The notes under the pieces are model-generated. The model had not been told where the DNA came from and did not search any database. It saw only the letters and a list, made by a program, of their open reading frames with translations. This document shows, one piece after another, positions 24,720 through 38,333 of a stretch of 64,000 bases of DNA. The stretch's first letter is position 1. Every line of letters starts with the position of its first letter. The stretch comes from Octopus vulgaris (lineage: Eukaryota), in NCBI GenBank assembly GCA_951406725.2, contig OX597837.1, positions 22,568,001 through 22,632,000 of the forward strand. Direction: 5' to 3'. The position numbers and the translations under genes were made by a program.

Positions 24720-27130
24720 TTTCTTACATAGACACAAAGCCAGGAATTCTAGGGAGAAGGTGGGAAACAGTGATACAAACCGTAGTATTTGACTGGGACT
24801 TCATTTTTATCAATCCACCCCCACTGCACAGAAGGAAGAAAACTCTGAGTCGAGCTCAGTGTAACGAAACCCTGAAATAAATATTTATTGATTTCAAATT
24901 TTGGCACAAGGCCATCAATTTCAGAGGAGGGTTGGTGTGAGAGACCAGATCTAGCCAGTTTGAACATAAAACAGGCAGAATACTTTTGGCCGGATATGGC
25001 CGGTTTAAATGCTAAAGGGTTAAATCCTTAAAAATGTTTTAGCCTGAAGGCTGCGGCCATGCTGGGGCACCACCGCTGATTGTTTAATTTTAGAATGACA
25101 TTCTAGGGTAGGTGCAAAAAGTCATATCTGGCCAGTCTGAAAATAAAGCAGGTAGAATATTTGGGTCAGATATGATCAGTTTAAATGCTAAAGGGTTAAA
25201 ATGAAAATAAGTGTAAAAATTACTAAGTTGACTACATGGGACCCCCACCCCATACTCAACTGGTACTTATTTTATCGACTCCGAAAGGATGAAAGGCAAA
25301 GCTGACCTTGGTGGAATTTGAAAGCAGAACAAGAAGACTGATGAAATGCCGCTAAGCATTTTGCCCAGTGTGCACTAATGATTCTATCAGCCCACCGCCT
25401 TAATCACTCGCTAATATTGGTCTTGAATTTAGGCACAAAGCCAGAAATTTCAAGGGAAGGAGAAAGTCGATCACATCGACCCCAGTGCTCCACTGGTACT
25501 TATTTGATCAACTGCAAAAGGATGAAAGGCAGAGTCGACCTTGGTGGAATTTGAACATAAAAGACGGACAAAATGCCATGATGCACTTTACTCAGTGTGC
25601 TAACAGTCCTGCCAGCTTACTGCCTTGAAACCTGAAGCAAATATTGCAAGGTGTGGTGTCTGATGCTCTAATCAATCAGCTAATAATAATAATAATAATA
25701 ATAATAATGGTTTCAAATTTTGTCACAAGGGCAGTAATTTTGGAGGAGGGAATAAATCAATTACATTGACCCTAATACTCAACTGGTACTTACTTTATCG
25801 ACCGCAAAAGGATGAAAGGCAAAGGTGACCTTGGCAGAATTTGAACTCAGAATGTAATGACAGACAAAATGCCACTAAGGGTGCTGATGATTCTACTAGC
25901 TTGCTGCCTTAATAATGATGATGATGATGATAATAATTCTTTCTAATTTTGACACAAGGCCAGCAATTTTAAGAAAAGAGGGTATGTTGATTACATTGAC
26001 CTCCAGTGCTCCACTGGTACATATTTTATTGACCCCTAAAAAGATGGAAAGTAAAGTCAGCTTTGACAGCATTTGAATTCAGAATGTAAAGAGCCAGAAA
26101 AAATGCCACTAAACATTTTGTCCAAAATAGTAACAATTCTGCTACCTCAAGGCAAAAGGCCTAAAATTTGGGGGAAGAGGGTTAGCTGATATCATTAACC
26201 CCAGTTCTTCTTTTATTTTACTGGCCTTGGAGGGAGAAACGGTTAAGTTGACCATGACAAGTTTTGAACTCAAAATGTCACCATCTGGAAAAAAATACCA
26301 CAAAGTATTTAATCCAACACTTTAACAATTCTGCCAATCCACAGCCTAGGTAGAAAACCAAAAGTTTGTAGGAGAGAGCTTATAGCTGAGTGAAATGACC
26401 TCAATATAATACTAGTATTTCTTTTATACAGGGATCTGAACTCTCAATGTACATACAAGAGCATAAGAAGATATGTTAATCCAGTACTGATATTTCTGTC
26501 AACTCATTGGTCAAAAGAATATATTAATAAACTTTTCAACTATAGGCACAAGGCCTGAAATTTTGGTGGAGGAGGGTTTACTGAATTACATCAACTTCCA
26601 GTGCTTCAGCGGTACTTATTTTATCAACCCCAAAAGCACAAATGGCCAAGTGAGCCTCGGCATAATTTGAACTCAGAATGTAAAAACAGACGAAATACTG
26701 CTAAGCATTTTGTCTAGTGTGCTAATGGTTCTGCTAGCTCACCACCTTAATAATAATATTAATAATAAAAATACTAATCCTTTCTATTAAAGGCACAAGG
26801 CCCGAAATTTTGGGGGAGGGGTTAAATTGATTACATTGACCCTGACAGGATGAAAGGCAAAGTCGACTTCAGTGGAATTTGAACTCGGAACATAACGACA
26901 GATGAAATGCAACTAAGCATTTCGCCCGGCATGCTAACAATTCTGCCAGCTCACCGTATTAATAATAATAATAATGATAATAGTGGTTTCAGGTGTAGGT
27001 AAGACACCAACAGTTTTGAGAGAAGGGGTTTAGTCAATGTCATCAATCTCAGTACATGACTGAAAGTTTATTTTATCAACCTGGGAATGATGAAAGGCAA
27101 AGTTGATCTTGGTGGAATTTTGAAATCAAA
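24720..27130 (-). repeat. Second head-to-tail array of family B SINE units (intergenic or 3' region)
   Basis: About ten diverged co-oriented units, several with (AAT)n spacers. Confidence 0.8.
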
Positions 27131-27359
27131 ACAAAGTGCCAAAACTAGATACCACGGGGTATGCTTTTTGCCACAGTTTGTGTGAACTAATCAGTACTTA
27201 ACAACAATTAATTACATAAGCATGGAACTTTCCATCAATATTTTTATGCTTCCTTTTTCCAAGTAGAATGAGTTGGATGAGACTTGCTGAGGCAGTATTC
27301 TACAAGTGGATGCTCCTTTCGAGATGCTAACTGCAACTCATTTTTCGAATAAGTTGTAA

Positions 27360-27637
27360 AAAGCACCATCTGACCGTGGCCGTTGCCAGCTTCGTCTGGT
27401 CTCCGTGCCGGTGGCACGTAAAAAGCACCATCCGAGCGTGGCCGTTCGCCAGCCTCGTCTGGCACGTAAAAAGCACCCACTACACTCACAGAGTGGTTGG
27501 CGTTAAGAAGGGCATCCAGCTGTAGAAACACTGCCAGATCAGACTGGGCCTGGTGCAGCCTTCTGGATTCCCAGACCCCAGTTGAACCGTCCAACCCATG
27601 CTAGCATGGAAAGCGGACGTTAAACAACGATGATGAT
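27360..27637 (+). mobile_element. RTE-type LINE 3'-UTR fragment
   Basis: GGCACGTAAAAAGCACC repeats, ending GGAAAGCGGACGTTAAAC(GAT)n. Confidence 0.75.
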
Positions 27638-30600
27638 CAATCCAAGCCCTCACAGATGAACTGCATGCTGCTGGGCATTCTGTTTATGCAGGTTGCAAAC
27701 ATCATTAGCACAGCAAAAGAGTATCTGATCCAAAGGTAAGTGGAGACGAACACAAACACACGAATGTACGTACATGATGGCTTTTGTACACTTTCTGGCA
27801 ATCAAATTTCACCAACAAGGCAGTGGCTTACCCAATGTTGTAATAGTAGCAGCACCAGCAGTAGACACTTGACCAAGATGCCATGCAGTTAAATGAAACT
27901 CCAAAACCAGAGCCTTGCCCCACTCCACGCACACAAAGATATAGACACGGATGTGAGGTTAAAAAGTTCACTTCCCAATCTTGTGCCTTCAGGTTGTGCA
28001 AGCAAGCATCTTCAACTATAGTAACATGCTGGCCAAAGTTTTGTGAGTTGCTTTGGTAGATGAAAAGCAAAAGAAAGCAGTTGTGTATTTGTGTATATAT
28101 TCTTTTACTTATTTCTGTCATTTGATTGCAGCCTTGAATCTGTTTATATATATATCTTTAATTAAATATATTCTATGAGAATATGATATACTGAATTTAA
28201 AATGAGTGCTCTTTGTATACAATGGTCTAAAAAAACATAAGGTACTAGCAGAGTAATTTTGCTCATTGTCTACTCATATGTGTGCGCACACACACATATA
28301 TATAGTCATGAAAGTGCAGGTCTTAGTGGTTAAGGTATTTGGCCCATAATCATAAAGTCATGTTGTGTCCTTGAGCAAGACACTTTATTTCACATTGCTT
28401 CACTCCACTCAGCTGGCAAAAATAAGTTGTACCTGTATTTCAAAGAGTCAGCCTTTTCACATTGTGTGCCATGCTGAATCTCCCTGAGAAACTTAAGGGT
28501 ACACATGTTTGTGGAGTGCTCAGCCACTTGCACATTAATTTCATGAGAAGGCTGTTCCGTTGATCAGATCGACTGGAAACATCATAGTAAGTGATAGAGT
28601 GCCAGTTATATATTGTCACCAATACATTTATATGGTATTCAACTGACGTACCAGTGAATTGGATGTTTAACAGACCCCTTTGAAGGAACTCTTACCCTCA
28701 GTTTGATACTTTATATTCTTTTACCTGTTTCAGTCATTTGACTGCAGCCATGTAGGAGCACCACCTTTATATATATATATTGGTGACAATATTACTGAGA
28801 TTATTCCAAGCTAGCTTTTACACTGGACCAATAGTCAGTGTAAAGGAATGGTAGAGAAAATATTGTATGCAATGTGGCTGCAGTTAAAGAGATGTCTTGG
28901 CAAGAAAAGGGTGAGAGAAATCCATGTTAGAAAAAGAAAAAGTGAAAAAGAGGGAGGAAATAATTTCTGATATAGGCACTAGGCCACAAATTTTGTGGGA
29001 AGAGCTTAGTTGATGGCACTAACTCCAGCAGTCTTTTGGTACTTATTTTATCACTGCAGAAGGATGAAAGTCAAAAAACATAAGCAAGGCTTGACAATCG
29101 GAATGCAAAGGGACGTAACTAAAACTAGTAATGATAACAACGACAGTTTGTAACAGGCACAAGGCCACAACTTTTGTGGAAGGAAGTATAGTTGATTGGT
29201 ATACTTATTTTTACTCAACCCACCAAGAAAGATGAAAGGAAAAGCCAGCCTCTGTGAGTACGGAATGAAAAACATAAAGGGACATAATTAAAATATTACA
29301 GGATGTTTTGTCGTGTACTTTACAGATCCTGCCATGGCATAGCTTTCGTAATACAGGGAGTAGAGAGCGGAAGTACAGTTGATTGTATCAATACAGGTAC
29401 TTGACTGCTACTTGTTTTTATTGACTAACATTATCCAAGAAGACAAATAGTAAAAGTTGAGTTTGACCAGATGTGAATGCTAATTTTTACGGGACATAGC
29501 TGCTCTACCAATTCCACTAAATAACCAACAAGGATAAATATTTAATACCCCTTTCTTTGATGTGAATCCAACCAACTTTAATCTATACAAAAGTTTTCAT
29601 TGCATTATCAGTCTCAATCATGTGCTACCAATGACAGAGCCTCTTTAGGGTTGCTTAATGTGCTAGTAATAGCAGCTGAAATCCCTTCTCAAATCACATC
29701 CCACAATCTTGAAGAAAAAAAAAAAGGTTACATTGGATAATGTAATCTCAGACATATCTGAATAAATAACAGGCTGGTCACAACTGTAAGGGCCTTTCAT
29801 CATAAGTCTACTGGATCAGGACTGGCCTGGGTTTAAACAACAACAATAACAACTGGACTCTGAAATGATGAGAAAATTTACAGAGAGAGTCTCTTCACAG
29901 GTCTACCAGTACAAAACAAAAACAATAAGCATTAATACAATAGCTGTACTGCTGAAGTCAACACACTCTTTAAGATAAGATCAGGCAGTACAAAATATAT
30001 AATAATAATAATAATGATAAAAAGACACCATCAAAATAAATAATTTAGCAAGGGGTACAGGAGAAAACTGCAAGAAACAATGGGTGACGTCAATACAATG
30101 AATGTGTACATGTCTCACAGAGAGCATATTATGCTGGGGCATAGCTCTGGTTCAATGGTGTTAACCAGGATGACAAATAAAACCTTCAGCTGGATAGGAA
30201 ACCAGTCCATTTTAGACAAACACTCTCACAAGACCTGGTAGATATCTCCTTGCAGTAAGATGAACTGAGGTCCACAAAAAGTAAACTGTCCAAGATCAGA
30301 GGAGACACATGGAAATATGTTTTGGAGCATGGTTTATGGAAAACAAGTAGAGAGGCATGTAGGGAACAAAATACAGTAGGGAAAAAAAAGAAACCCCAGA
30401 AATAATGTTAAAATAAATGAACACAGAATGAAGAGGAACAAATAAAAATATAGTCATTTCTTAAATTAGGCATCTCGTCAATGCAATGCCAACACCGGGA
30501 GAGAATTCTAGAATCAAAGTGTAAGCTGTGCGGAATATTTATCCAAACACTGTCGCTTGTAGGCAAGGTATAAAGTCTTAGGAAGATGAAGTAATTTCAC

Positions 30601-31775
30601 TCAACATGATTGACCAGTTTGCCAAATTAATTTTTCAATTAAGTGAAGTTTGTATCTTGCTACATGACACAATTCACAGAATATAGACATTGGCCACAAG
30701 TCACAATACACATGGTAATACGGATGCATGTATCTGACCCTGTGATGCAATACAGAACATGAATATGTGAGTCTTGCCACATGATACAATGCAGAAACCA
30801 GAGTGATATGGCCATTAGAACTTATAGTTGAATGTAGCAAAAGAACACTAGCTCTATCTCATGGCTAAAACATTGGCAGATCCCACAATATCATATACTA
30901 TTGCTTATCAGGTATTGTGATGCGTTGGTGCTTATCCCTGTTTTTAAGGTGTTAAACAGTTCAGAGATAGTTGTCTTTTCTCTCTGTCTCCTGAGATAGG
31001 CAAACAGATTATAGTAAACCTTGCCTTATATAAGTAAAACACCCGTTGATTATACAGTGCTCCCGACTCCACGGCTTAATAGAGTGAGAGCTACCTTCCC
31101 ATGGAAACTATTTAAAGCAAGTTGAACTGGGCCTTTGAGAGTCAAGTGTCTTTGCCACAGAAATAGTACAGCACCAGTGATTGGATACTAATCATTGATC
31201 CTTTGGCAGTTTGGCCAGTGCTGTACCAACTATGACAAATGCTACTCAAACACGCAGCGATAGGCATTTATCTAAATGACTTTTACGTTGTGTCACATCA
31301 AGCAGGCAAACAGGAGGTGGAAAATTCCCACCCAAACGTTCATACAGTTTCCATTATAAAAATATATTTTGCAGCTTTCTGTATAAAGATTACAGTGCCA
31401 GAGTCCTGACATGCCAGTCTTTAGTTCAACAGCTTTAACAAAACCACAAGAATAGCAATGAAGTTTTCAGTTGCTAAACCGGTTTTTTTTTTTTGCGTTT
31501 TTCCTCCCAAGAAATATATCACTGTAAATACCCAATTCTCTTCATACCCAACTGAAGAAAAAAGAATTGTTAATTATTCAGAGGAAAAACCATTAAAATC
31601 TGTGACGATATTTAGTCAACATAGCCAGGACTGAAAGAACACAAGAAATAAATAGAAGTCTTGTGTTGGAGGTATTTCTTTTGTGTTTGCAACTCACTGT
31701 CTCTTTGAGTTAACATCTGGAATGGAATTGTAGCAAAATTTACACCTAACGAATCAGATGTGTGGACACTGGTCA

Positions 31776-31940
31776 TCATTCTAGGTCTTGTAGATTGATG
31801 GTAGTTCCAGTAAATTCTGTTGATGATGCACCGTGTTCAGAAGCTGAATCAGCTGCTGTGTTTGAACTTGCATCATGCAAAGCCAGATCAGTGACAAGAC
31901 TACCATCTCCGGGATACATCTCTGGATTTGGTGGATCGTC
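31776..31940 (-). CDS. ZXDC: ZXD-like terminal coding exon
   Basis: Acceptor ttccag; DDPPNPEMY...FTGTTINLQDLE then TGA TGA. Confidence 0.9.
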   Translation of the reverse strand, partial: DDPPNPEMYPGDGSLVTDLALHDASSNTAADSASEHGASSTEFTGTTINLQDLE

Positions 31941-33079
31941 CTGGAAAATAAATAACAAGCAAACAAAATTATAACAGCTGTTAAAATACTGACCTGTCTT
32001 CTTATGTTTAATATAGCTATATGCAATAACCTTATATTATATCTAAGTGTGAAGGCGCATGGCTCTGTGGTCAGAGTGTTGGGCTCACAATAATCAGGTG
32101 GTGAGTTCGATTTCTGGACTGGGCTATGTGCTGTGTTCTTAAGCAAGACCCTTTATTTCACATTGTTCCAATTCACTCAGCTGTAAAAATGAGTTGCAAT
32201 GTCACTGGTGTTAAGCTGTATTGGCCTTTGCTTTTCCTATGGCCATTCATGACCGAAGGGGTTCTTTACTTTATATCTAACAAGACTGAGTTTGCTCAGT
32301 TGCAAATGAGTACAAATGGCAGCTGGGGTGGTATTTAAGGTGTGGTTACGTGGTAAGAAGTTTGCTTCTAAATCACATGGTTCCAAGTGTCTTCTACTAT
32401 GTGTGATGTGTGACCTCCTTCGGTCATGAATGACCATGGAATTGCACCTAGAAAGTTACCCTCCGAGGTACAAGTCTGGGCAAGGTTGTTTATGGAAGAC
32501 CAGCAGTCGTCCATGCATACCAGTCTCCCCTCTCCACGCTACCGATGTTATCCAAGGGAAAGGCAACAGCCGATACAGCTTGGCACCAGTGACGTCGCAA
32601 CTCATTTATTAACGTGCAAGTGGCTGAGCACTCCAAAGACATGTGTACCCTTAACGTAGTTCTCGGGGAGATTCAGCGTGACACAGAGTGTGACAAGGCT
32701 GGCCCTTTGAAATACAGGTACAACAGAAACAGGAAGAAAGAGTGAGAGAAAGTTGTGGTGAAAGAGTACAGAAGGGTTCACCACCACCCCCTGCCGGAGC
32801 CTCGTGGAGCTTTAGGTGTTTTCGCTCAGTCTTCTACTATAGCCTTAGATCAACCAAATCCTTGTGAATTTATTTGGCAGACAAAAACTGAAAAAACCCC
32901 ATAGTATAATAATGCGTGCACACACACGTCTGTGTGTGTGTGTCTTTGCCTTGACATTGTGTAATAGTTGGAGATGAATGGAACTGTCATGCAGTCAGTG
33001 ACCTTTGTCCCCAAATTTCCATGAAAAGCTCTTCTGGCCTAATGAGTCTGAAGACTCAAGACAGATTTTTGACATAGAA

Positions 33080-33520
33080 CATCATCATCATCATCATCAT
33101 TTAGCGTCCGCTTTCCATGCTAGCATGGGTTGGACGGGTCAACTGGGGTCTGTGAAGCTGGAAGGCTTCGTCAGGCCCAGTCAAATCTGGCAGTGTTTCT
33201 ACGGCTGGATGCCCTTCCTAACACCAACCACTCCGCGAGTGTAGTGGGTGTTTTTTACGTGCCACCTGCACAGGTGCCAGACAGAGCTGGCGAACGGCCA
33301 CGAACGGATGGTGCTTTTACGTGTCACCGGCACGGGGCCAGGCGATGCTGGCAACGGACACGAACGGATGGTGCTTTTACGTGCCACCGACACGGGGCCA
33401 GACAGAGCTGGCAAACGGCCACGAACGGACGGTGTTTTTACGTGTCACCGGCACGGGGGCCAGCCGAGGCTGGCAACGGACGCGAACGGATGGTGCTTTT
33501 ACGTGCCACCGACACGGTTG
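33080..33520 (-). mobile_element. RTE-type LINE 3' UTR with a ~60-bp tandem repeat (about 4.5 units)
   Basis: Unit TGCTTTTACGTGCCACCGACACGGGGCCAG...GCTGGCAACGGCCACGAACGGATGG. Confidence 0.8.
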
Positions 33521-34656
33521 CCATAATACCTATCAAAAAAGCCCAGTAAAACTATGTATGTGATGGTTGTTTTTTTTTGTTCTGAAAGTCAGAGGAACAA
33601 CATTTTTAGAGAAAAGAATTTGCAATTCTGATGCATTTTTTGACAGCATAAGAGATGCTAGCAAAAAGAGCTCCATCTGTCTCTCTAACTCTCTTCCACT
33701 GTCTTTCTCCTTCATTGTCCTATAGGGGTGGTCAGGTATCTCCTCTATATTATGACAACTACCTCTGTTCCTCTACCATACTCTAACCTCTCACACAGCC
33801 AATTCCCTCGGTTCCACTCTTTTTACTAAGAGGTCTTTGTTATGCAAGTTACTTGTTACTTGGCCTGCTGGTGCTGGTGCCACACAGTCCACTCTGTAGG
33901 ATGGTTGGCATTAGGAAGGGCATCTAGCCACAAAAAACCATATCAAAACAAACAATGGAACTTGGTATGGCTCCTGGGCTTGCCAGCTCCTGTCAAACAT
34001 TCCAGACTATGCCAGCATGGACAACAGATATTAAATTATGATGATGATATATATATATAAGTAATGCTTATTGTCACATCAATATGATTGTTCCACAGGA
34101 ACCGATGCCACTACCATTTTTAACCCCAGTCCCCTGGCACCTGTGCCAGTGGCACGTAAAAAGCACATTCCATACGTGGTCAATGCCAGCGCCACCTTGA
34201 CTGGCTTCCATGCCAGTGGCACGTAAAAAGCACCAACTGATCGTGGCTGCTGCCAGTGTCCCCTGGCATCTGTGCCGGAGGCACGTAAAAAGCACCCACT
34301 ACACTTATGGAGTGGTTGGTGTTAGGAAGGGAATCCAGCTGTAGAAACACTGAATATCTCTCATTGCAAGATTTGCAAATAGTAATTTTCTACGGTTATT
34401 ACCTGTTCAAATATACTTGAGGCATATTTGAACCCATAAGAAAGCCATTCATTGTGTTTTGTCAAGGAGAAAATTTTCTCACTGTAGACAAATGGTGTAA
34501 ATATACCTAAAATCAGCTCATAGTGCCACCCATTCAGACTGTGAGATGCAAGCATTTAGGAGTGGTTATCTTTTCTTCAGTCACTGAAACTGGGCAGAGC
34601 GCACTTCATGCTGATAAGAGAAATTGTCTGTCTCATGATATTCCTGTCACTGTATA

Positions 34657-34864
34657 AGGCGGCGAGCTGGCAGAAACGTTAGCACACTGGGCGAAATGCG
34701 TAGCCGTATTTCGTCTGCCGTTATGGTCCGAGTTCAAATTCCGCCGAGGTTGACTTTGCCTTTCATCCTTTCGGGGTCGATAAATTAAGTACCAGTTGCG
34801 CACTGGGGTCGATGTAATTGAATTAATCCGTTTGTCTGTCCCCTTGTGGGTAGTAAAGAAATAG
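34657..34864 (+). mobile_element. SINE family B, single copy with target-site duplication
   Basis: Flanked by the direct repeat GATATTCCTGTCACTGTA; B-box-like GAGTTCAAATTC. Confidence 0.85.
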
Positions 34865-35347
34865 ATATTCCTGTCACTGTACTAATCAGTAGCACTGTAC
34901 TAATTGGTAGCACTAATCGGAAGTTCACCATAAACACTCCACAATGCCAGCATCACTTATTCTGGGTAGGTGGCACTGAGAGCAGGTTTGAATGTGCCCT
35001 CAACACACTTATAGTGCATAATCTATTGAATCCTTTTCTTCTCTCATTTGTAAATCCAAAACAACAAACATATCCACACACACACATATAGTGCATGTAC
35101 GTTTTAAGCAACATGGTTAGACTACTTAGTCCTTGGGTGCTTTTAGCAAAGTTCAGTTTGTGACAATTATCTGGATCAGTTCTGCACTCCAACCTGTTCC
35201 TGAGGTTCAGTATCTGTCGCAACAATTTTTCCAATGTTGGGCCCTAACTACAAAGATGTAGGTGGTTCGTGTATATCATTCTCTGGTTAAACTTATTAAA
35301 ACAACAAACAAAAATGAGAGAAAGAGAAACTCCAGTTGTTTTCTTAC

Positions 35348-35481
35348 CTGCAGTAGTTGTGTTTGGACATACGTCACACCTGTTTCTGGATCTCGTAATG
35401 TAATGCCATGAGGAGGGAGATTATCAGAGGAACTGAACAAAGACGCAGAATTTACTGCTACTGATAACAATTTTTCAGAGT
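35348..35481 (-). CDS. ZXDC: ZXD-like penultimate exon
   Basis: Poly-T plus acag acceptor; SEKLLSV...GITLRDPETGVTYVQTQLLQ; donor GTAAGA. Confidence 0.88.
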
Positions 35482-36456
35482 CTGTAAAAAAAAAAAAGAA
35501 GACAAAATAAGAATAATAATAATCCTTTCTACTAAAGGCAAAAGGCCTGAAACTTTGGGGGAGGGGATTAATCGATTACATCGATTCCAGTACTTTACTG
35601 ACCCTGAAAGGATGAAATGCAAAGCCAACTTCAGTGGAATTTGAACTCAGAATGCAAAGACATAAAATGCTGCCAAACATTTGCCTGCTGCGGTAATAAT
35701 TCTACCAGCTTGCTGCCTTAACCCTTTAGCATTTAAACCGGCCAAAAGTATTCTGCCTGTTTTATGTTCAAACTGGCCAGATCTGGTCTCTCACACCAAC
35801 CCTACAATATTGTTTAAAAAATTAACAGCTACCTCATCAAAATCTCAAAGCTACAAGATAAGGCATGATTAGTTCAAAACAATGTGGATAAAAAAGGATT
35901 AATTTTGGGAAAATAATGTGAACACTAAAGGGTTAAGAATAATAGTAATCCTTTCTGCCGGAAGCACAAGGCCTAGAATTTTGGGGCAGAGGACAAGTGT
36001 TTCACTGGTACTTAATTTATCGACTGCGAAACGATGAAAATTAAAGTTGACCTCGGTGACATTCAGACTCAGAATGTAAAGACAGACAAAAATGGCACTA
36101 GGCATTTTGTCCGGCATGCTAACAATTCTGCCAGCTCACTGTTTTAAGAGTAAGAGCAATAATAATAATAATAATAATCCTTTCTACTAAAGGCACAAGG
36201 CCTGAAATTTGGGGGAAGGGAATAGTCTATTACACTGACCCCATTGCTCAACTAGTACTTATTTTACCGTCCCTGAAAGGATGAAAGGCGAAGTTGACCT
36301 CAGTGGAATTTGAACTCAGAACGTAGTGACAGATGAAATACTGCTAAGCATTTCTCCCAGCGTACCAACAATTCTGCCAGTTCCAATTTAAGCACAAAAC
36401 CAACAATCTCTGATATCATCTCTCCTGTTTTCAAGCAAAGTAATATTCCCCTAGTC

Positions 36457-37243
36457 CAGTGGTTCTCAACCAGGGTCCACATAAGATTTTATTGTTAAAA
36501 TTTATGAGCATTAAATTGTTTGTACTTCTACAATACACAAAGTATTTTATCAATTTTTGTTATGCAATTGCTAAAAGTATTTAAAACCCTTTGAGCATTC
36601 AGATTACTCTGCCAAATTTAATGCTTAGTTTATTCTTTTCTTTAATCTTGTTTCAGTCATTTGACTGCGACCATGCTGGAGCTCTGCCTTGAAGGGTTTT
36701 AGCCAAACAAATTGACCCCAAAACATTTTTTTTTAAAGCTTAATACTTATTCTATTGGTCTCTTTTGCTGAACTGCTAAGTTACAGGGACGTAAACATGC
36801 CAACACCGGTTATCAAGCTGTGAAAAGGTGACAAAACACAGACACAAAGATACACACACAGATATATATATGACAAGCTCCTTTCAGTTTCTATCTACAA
36901 CATCCACTCACAAGGCTTTGGTTGACCTGAGGCTATAGTTGAAGACACTTCCTGAAAGTGCCATGTAGTGGGACTGAACCCAAAACCTGTTTTGAATTAA
37001 TCAAGTATCTTGTAGAGATTTTGATGATGCGTTTATTTTACGAACGACATTATAGGACAGGTGTGAGAGGACAGACCTGGCCAGTTTGAACATAAAACTG
37101 ATAGAATATTTGGGCTGGAATAAATACCAAAGGATTAAATATAAAAATATGACAGAATTTTATTCAACACGGATAGAGGAGGGGGTTTAGAGTAAAATAG
37201 GAATCAAAAGGGTCCACAAGCAAAAAATGGTTGGGAACGAATG
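36457..37243. mobile_element. hAT-like MITE containing a nested piggyBac-type MITE and an antisense family A SINE
   Basis: CAGTGGTTCTCAACC ... GGTTGGGAAC ends; uninterrupted relative at 48104-48353. Confidence 0.65.
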
Positions 37244-37500
37244 ATACAGCTTATGTGATGGTGGAAGTTTGATTACAATTAGCCCGCAATGTCAAGACAA
37301 AGAGACACAAATATACATACTCATGTGCACACACATACACACACTTTTCAGTTTGTCTACCAAACACGCTCACAAGATTTGATTGGCTGGGGCCTATAAT
37401 AGAGACACTTGACTGAACCTGAAAATACATAGCTGCAAAGCAAACCACCTAAGCACACAGTCATAGTCTGAGAATTTACCATTTCAACAAATTTGTCAGT

Positions 37501-37502
<2 letters not shown>

Positions 37503-37535
<33 letters not shown>

Positions 37536-37800
37536 CATTGTGTACAGTGCTCAGGTGCACTACAACTCATCTAAAGTGCATATATAATCAGGTGTAGTTT
37601 CGACGGATTTCGGAAAGCATGAGGGCCTTAAAGGATGCAGTGTTATGGCAGTCAACAACTGACGCAGGCAGTTTATTCCATGCTTCAGCAACTCTGAGCG
37701 TGAAGAAATGTTTCCGAAAGTCATGGGAGCTGTGTTGTTTTCTGACTTTGTAGGCATGTCCACGTGTGTTAGACACATGGAGATCAAAATGTTCAAAATA
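37503..37800 (-). mobile_element. CR1/L2-type LINE 3' fragment
   Basis: TRGHAYKV...FRKHFFTLRVAEAWNKLP; (ATT)n tail. Confidence 0.85.
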
Positions 37801-37833
37801 ATCAAAGGACAAATTGAAGGTAAAGACACTTAC

Positions 37834-37920
37834 CTGTTGACATATAATCTGAAGGACCAACTAATACTGGATCAGTAGAACCAAGGATGGAATTAGATAA
37901 AGAATTGGTGAGGTTTACTC
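37834..37920 (-). CDS. ZXDC: ZXD-like exon, Ser-rich region
   Basis: Acceptor tttcag; VNLTNSLSNSILGSTDPVLVGPSDYMST; donor GTAAGT; phase 1-1. Confidence 0.78.
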
Positions 37921-38282
37921 CTGAAATATACACATAATTATACAGTCAGACAGGAATATAAGCTTTATGATGACAAAGATAACCAACAATGAAGGAACCT
38001 GTATGTGGTTTACTCAACTTCTTAGAGCACAACACCACACAACACACAAGCTAAGACATCTTAGACAAGTATTAATCTTTCTTTCACCTTCTTTTTCTTC
38101 TAAGCAGTTACGACAGCGAAAGCTGATTACGTCATTTTACCTAAACTGAAACGAATGTTTTCCACGTTCATATTTGAATTTTTTCCCTTTCTACATTATT
38201 TTTTACTTTTATATATTCTCAAACTGGATGAGCATATAACAAGCCAGCTGGCACAAAAAATATCCAGTGAGACTTCTTTATC

Positions 38283-38333
38283 AATGTACTTGAAGAGACA
38301 CAGACTGATGGCTTGAAACATATGTTGTACCTT
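38283..38333 (+). ncRNA. Degenerate minimal type I hammerhead ribozyme-like motif
   Basis: AATGTAC-TTGAAGA-(weak stem II)-GAAA-CATATG-TT-GTACCTT. Confidence 0.4.

Noticed and set aside
28803-28850. Short hairpin TTTACACT-GGAC...GTC-AGTGTAAA
   Set aside because: The stem is too short for a pre-miRNA and there is no other support.
22500-31775. Very long 3' UTR for the ZXD gene
   Set aside because: 29900-31775 looks like unique UTR-like sequence, but several AATAAA candidates exist and the end cannot be fixed without transcript data.
33250-33520. CRISPR-like repeat/spacer periodicity
   Set aside because: Eukaryotic context; the intervening segments are similar to each other, there are no cas genes, and it is part of a LINE 3' UTR.
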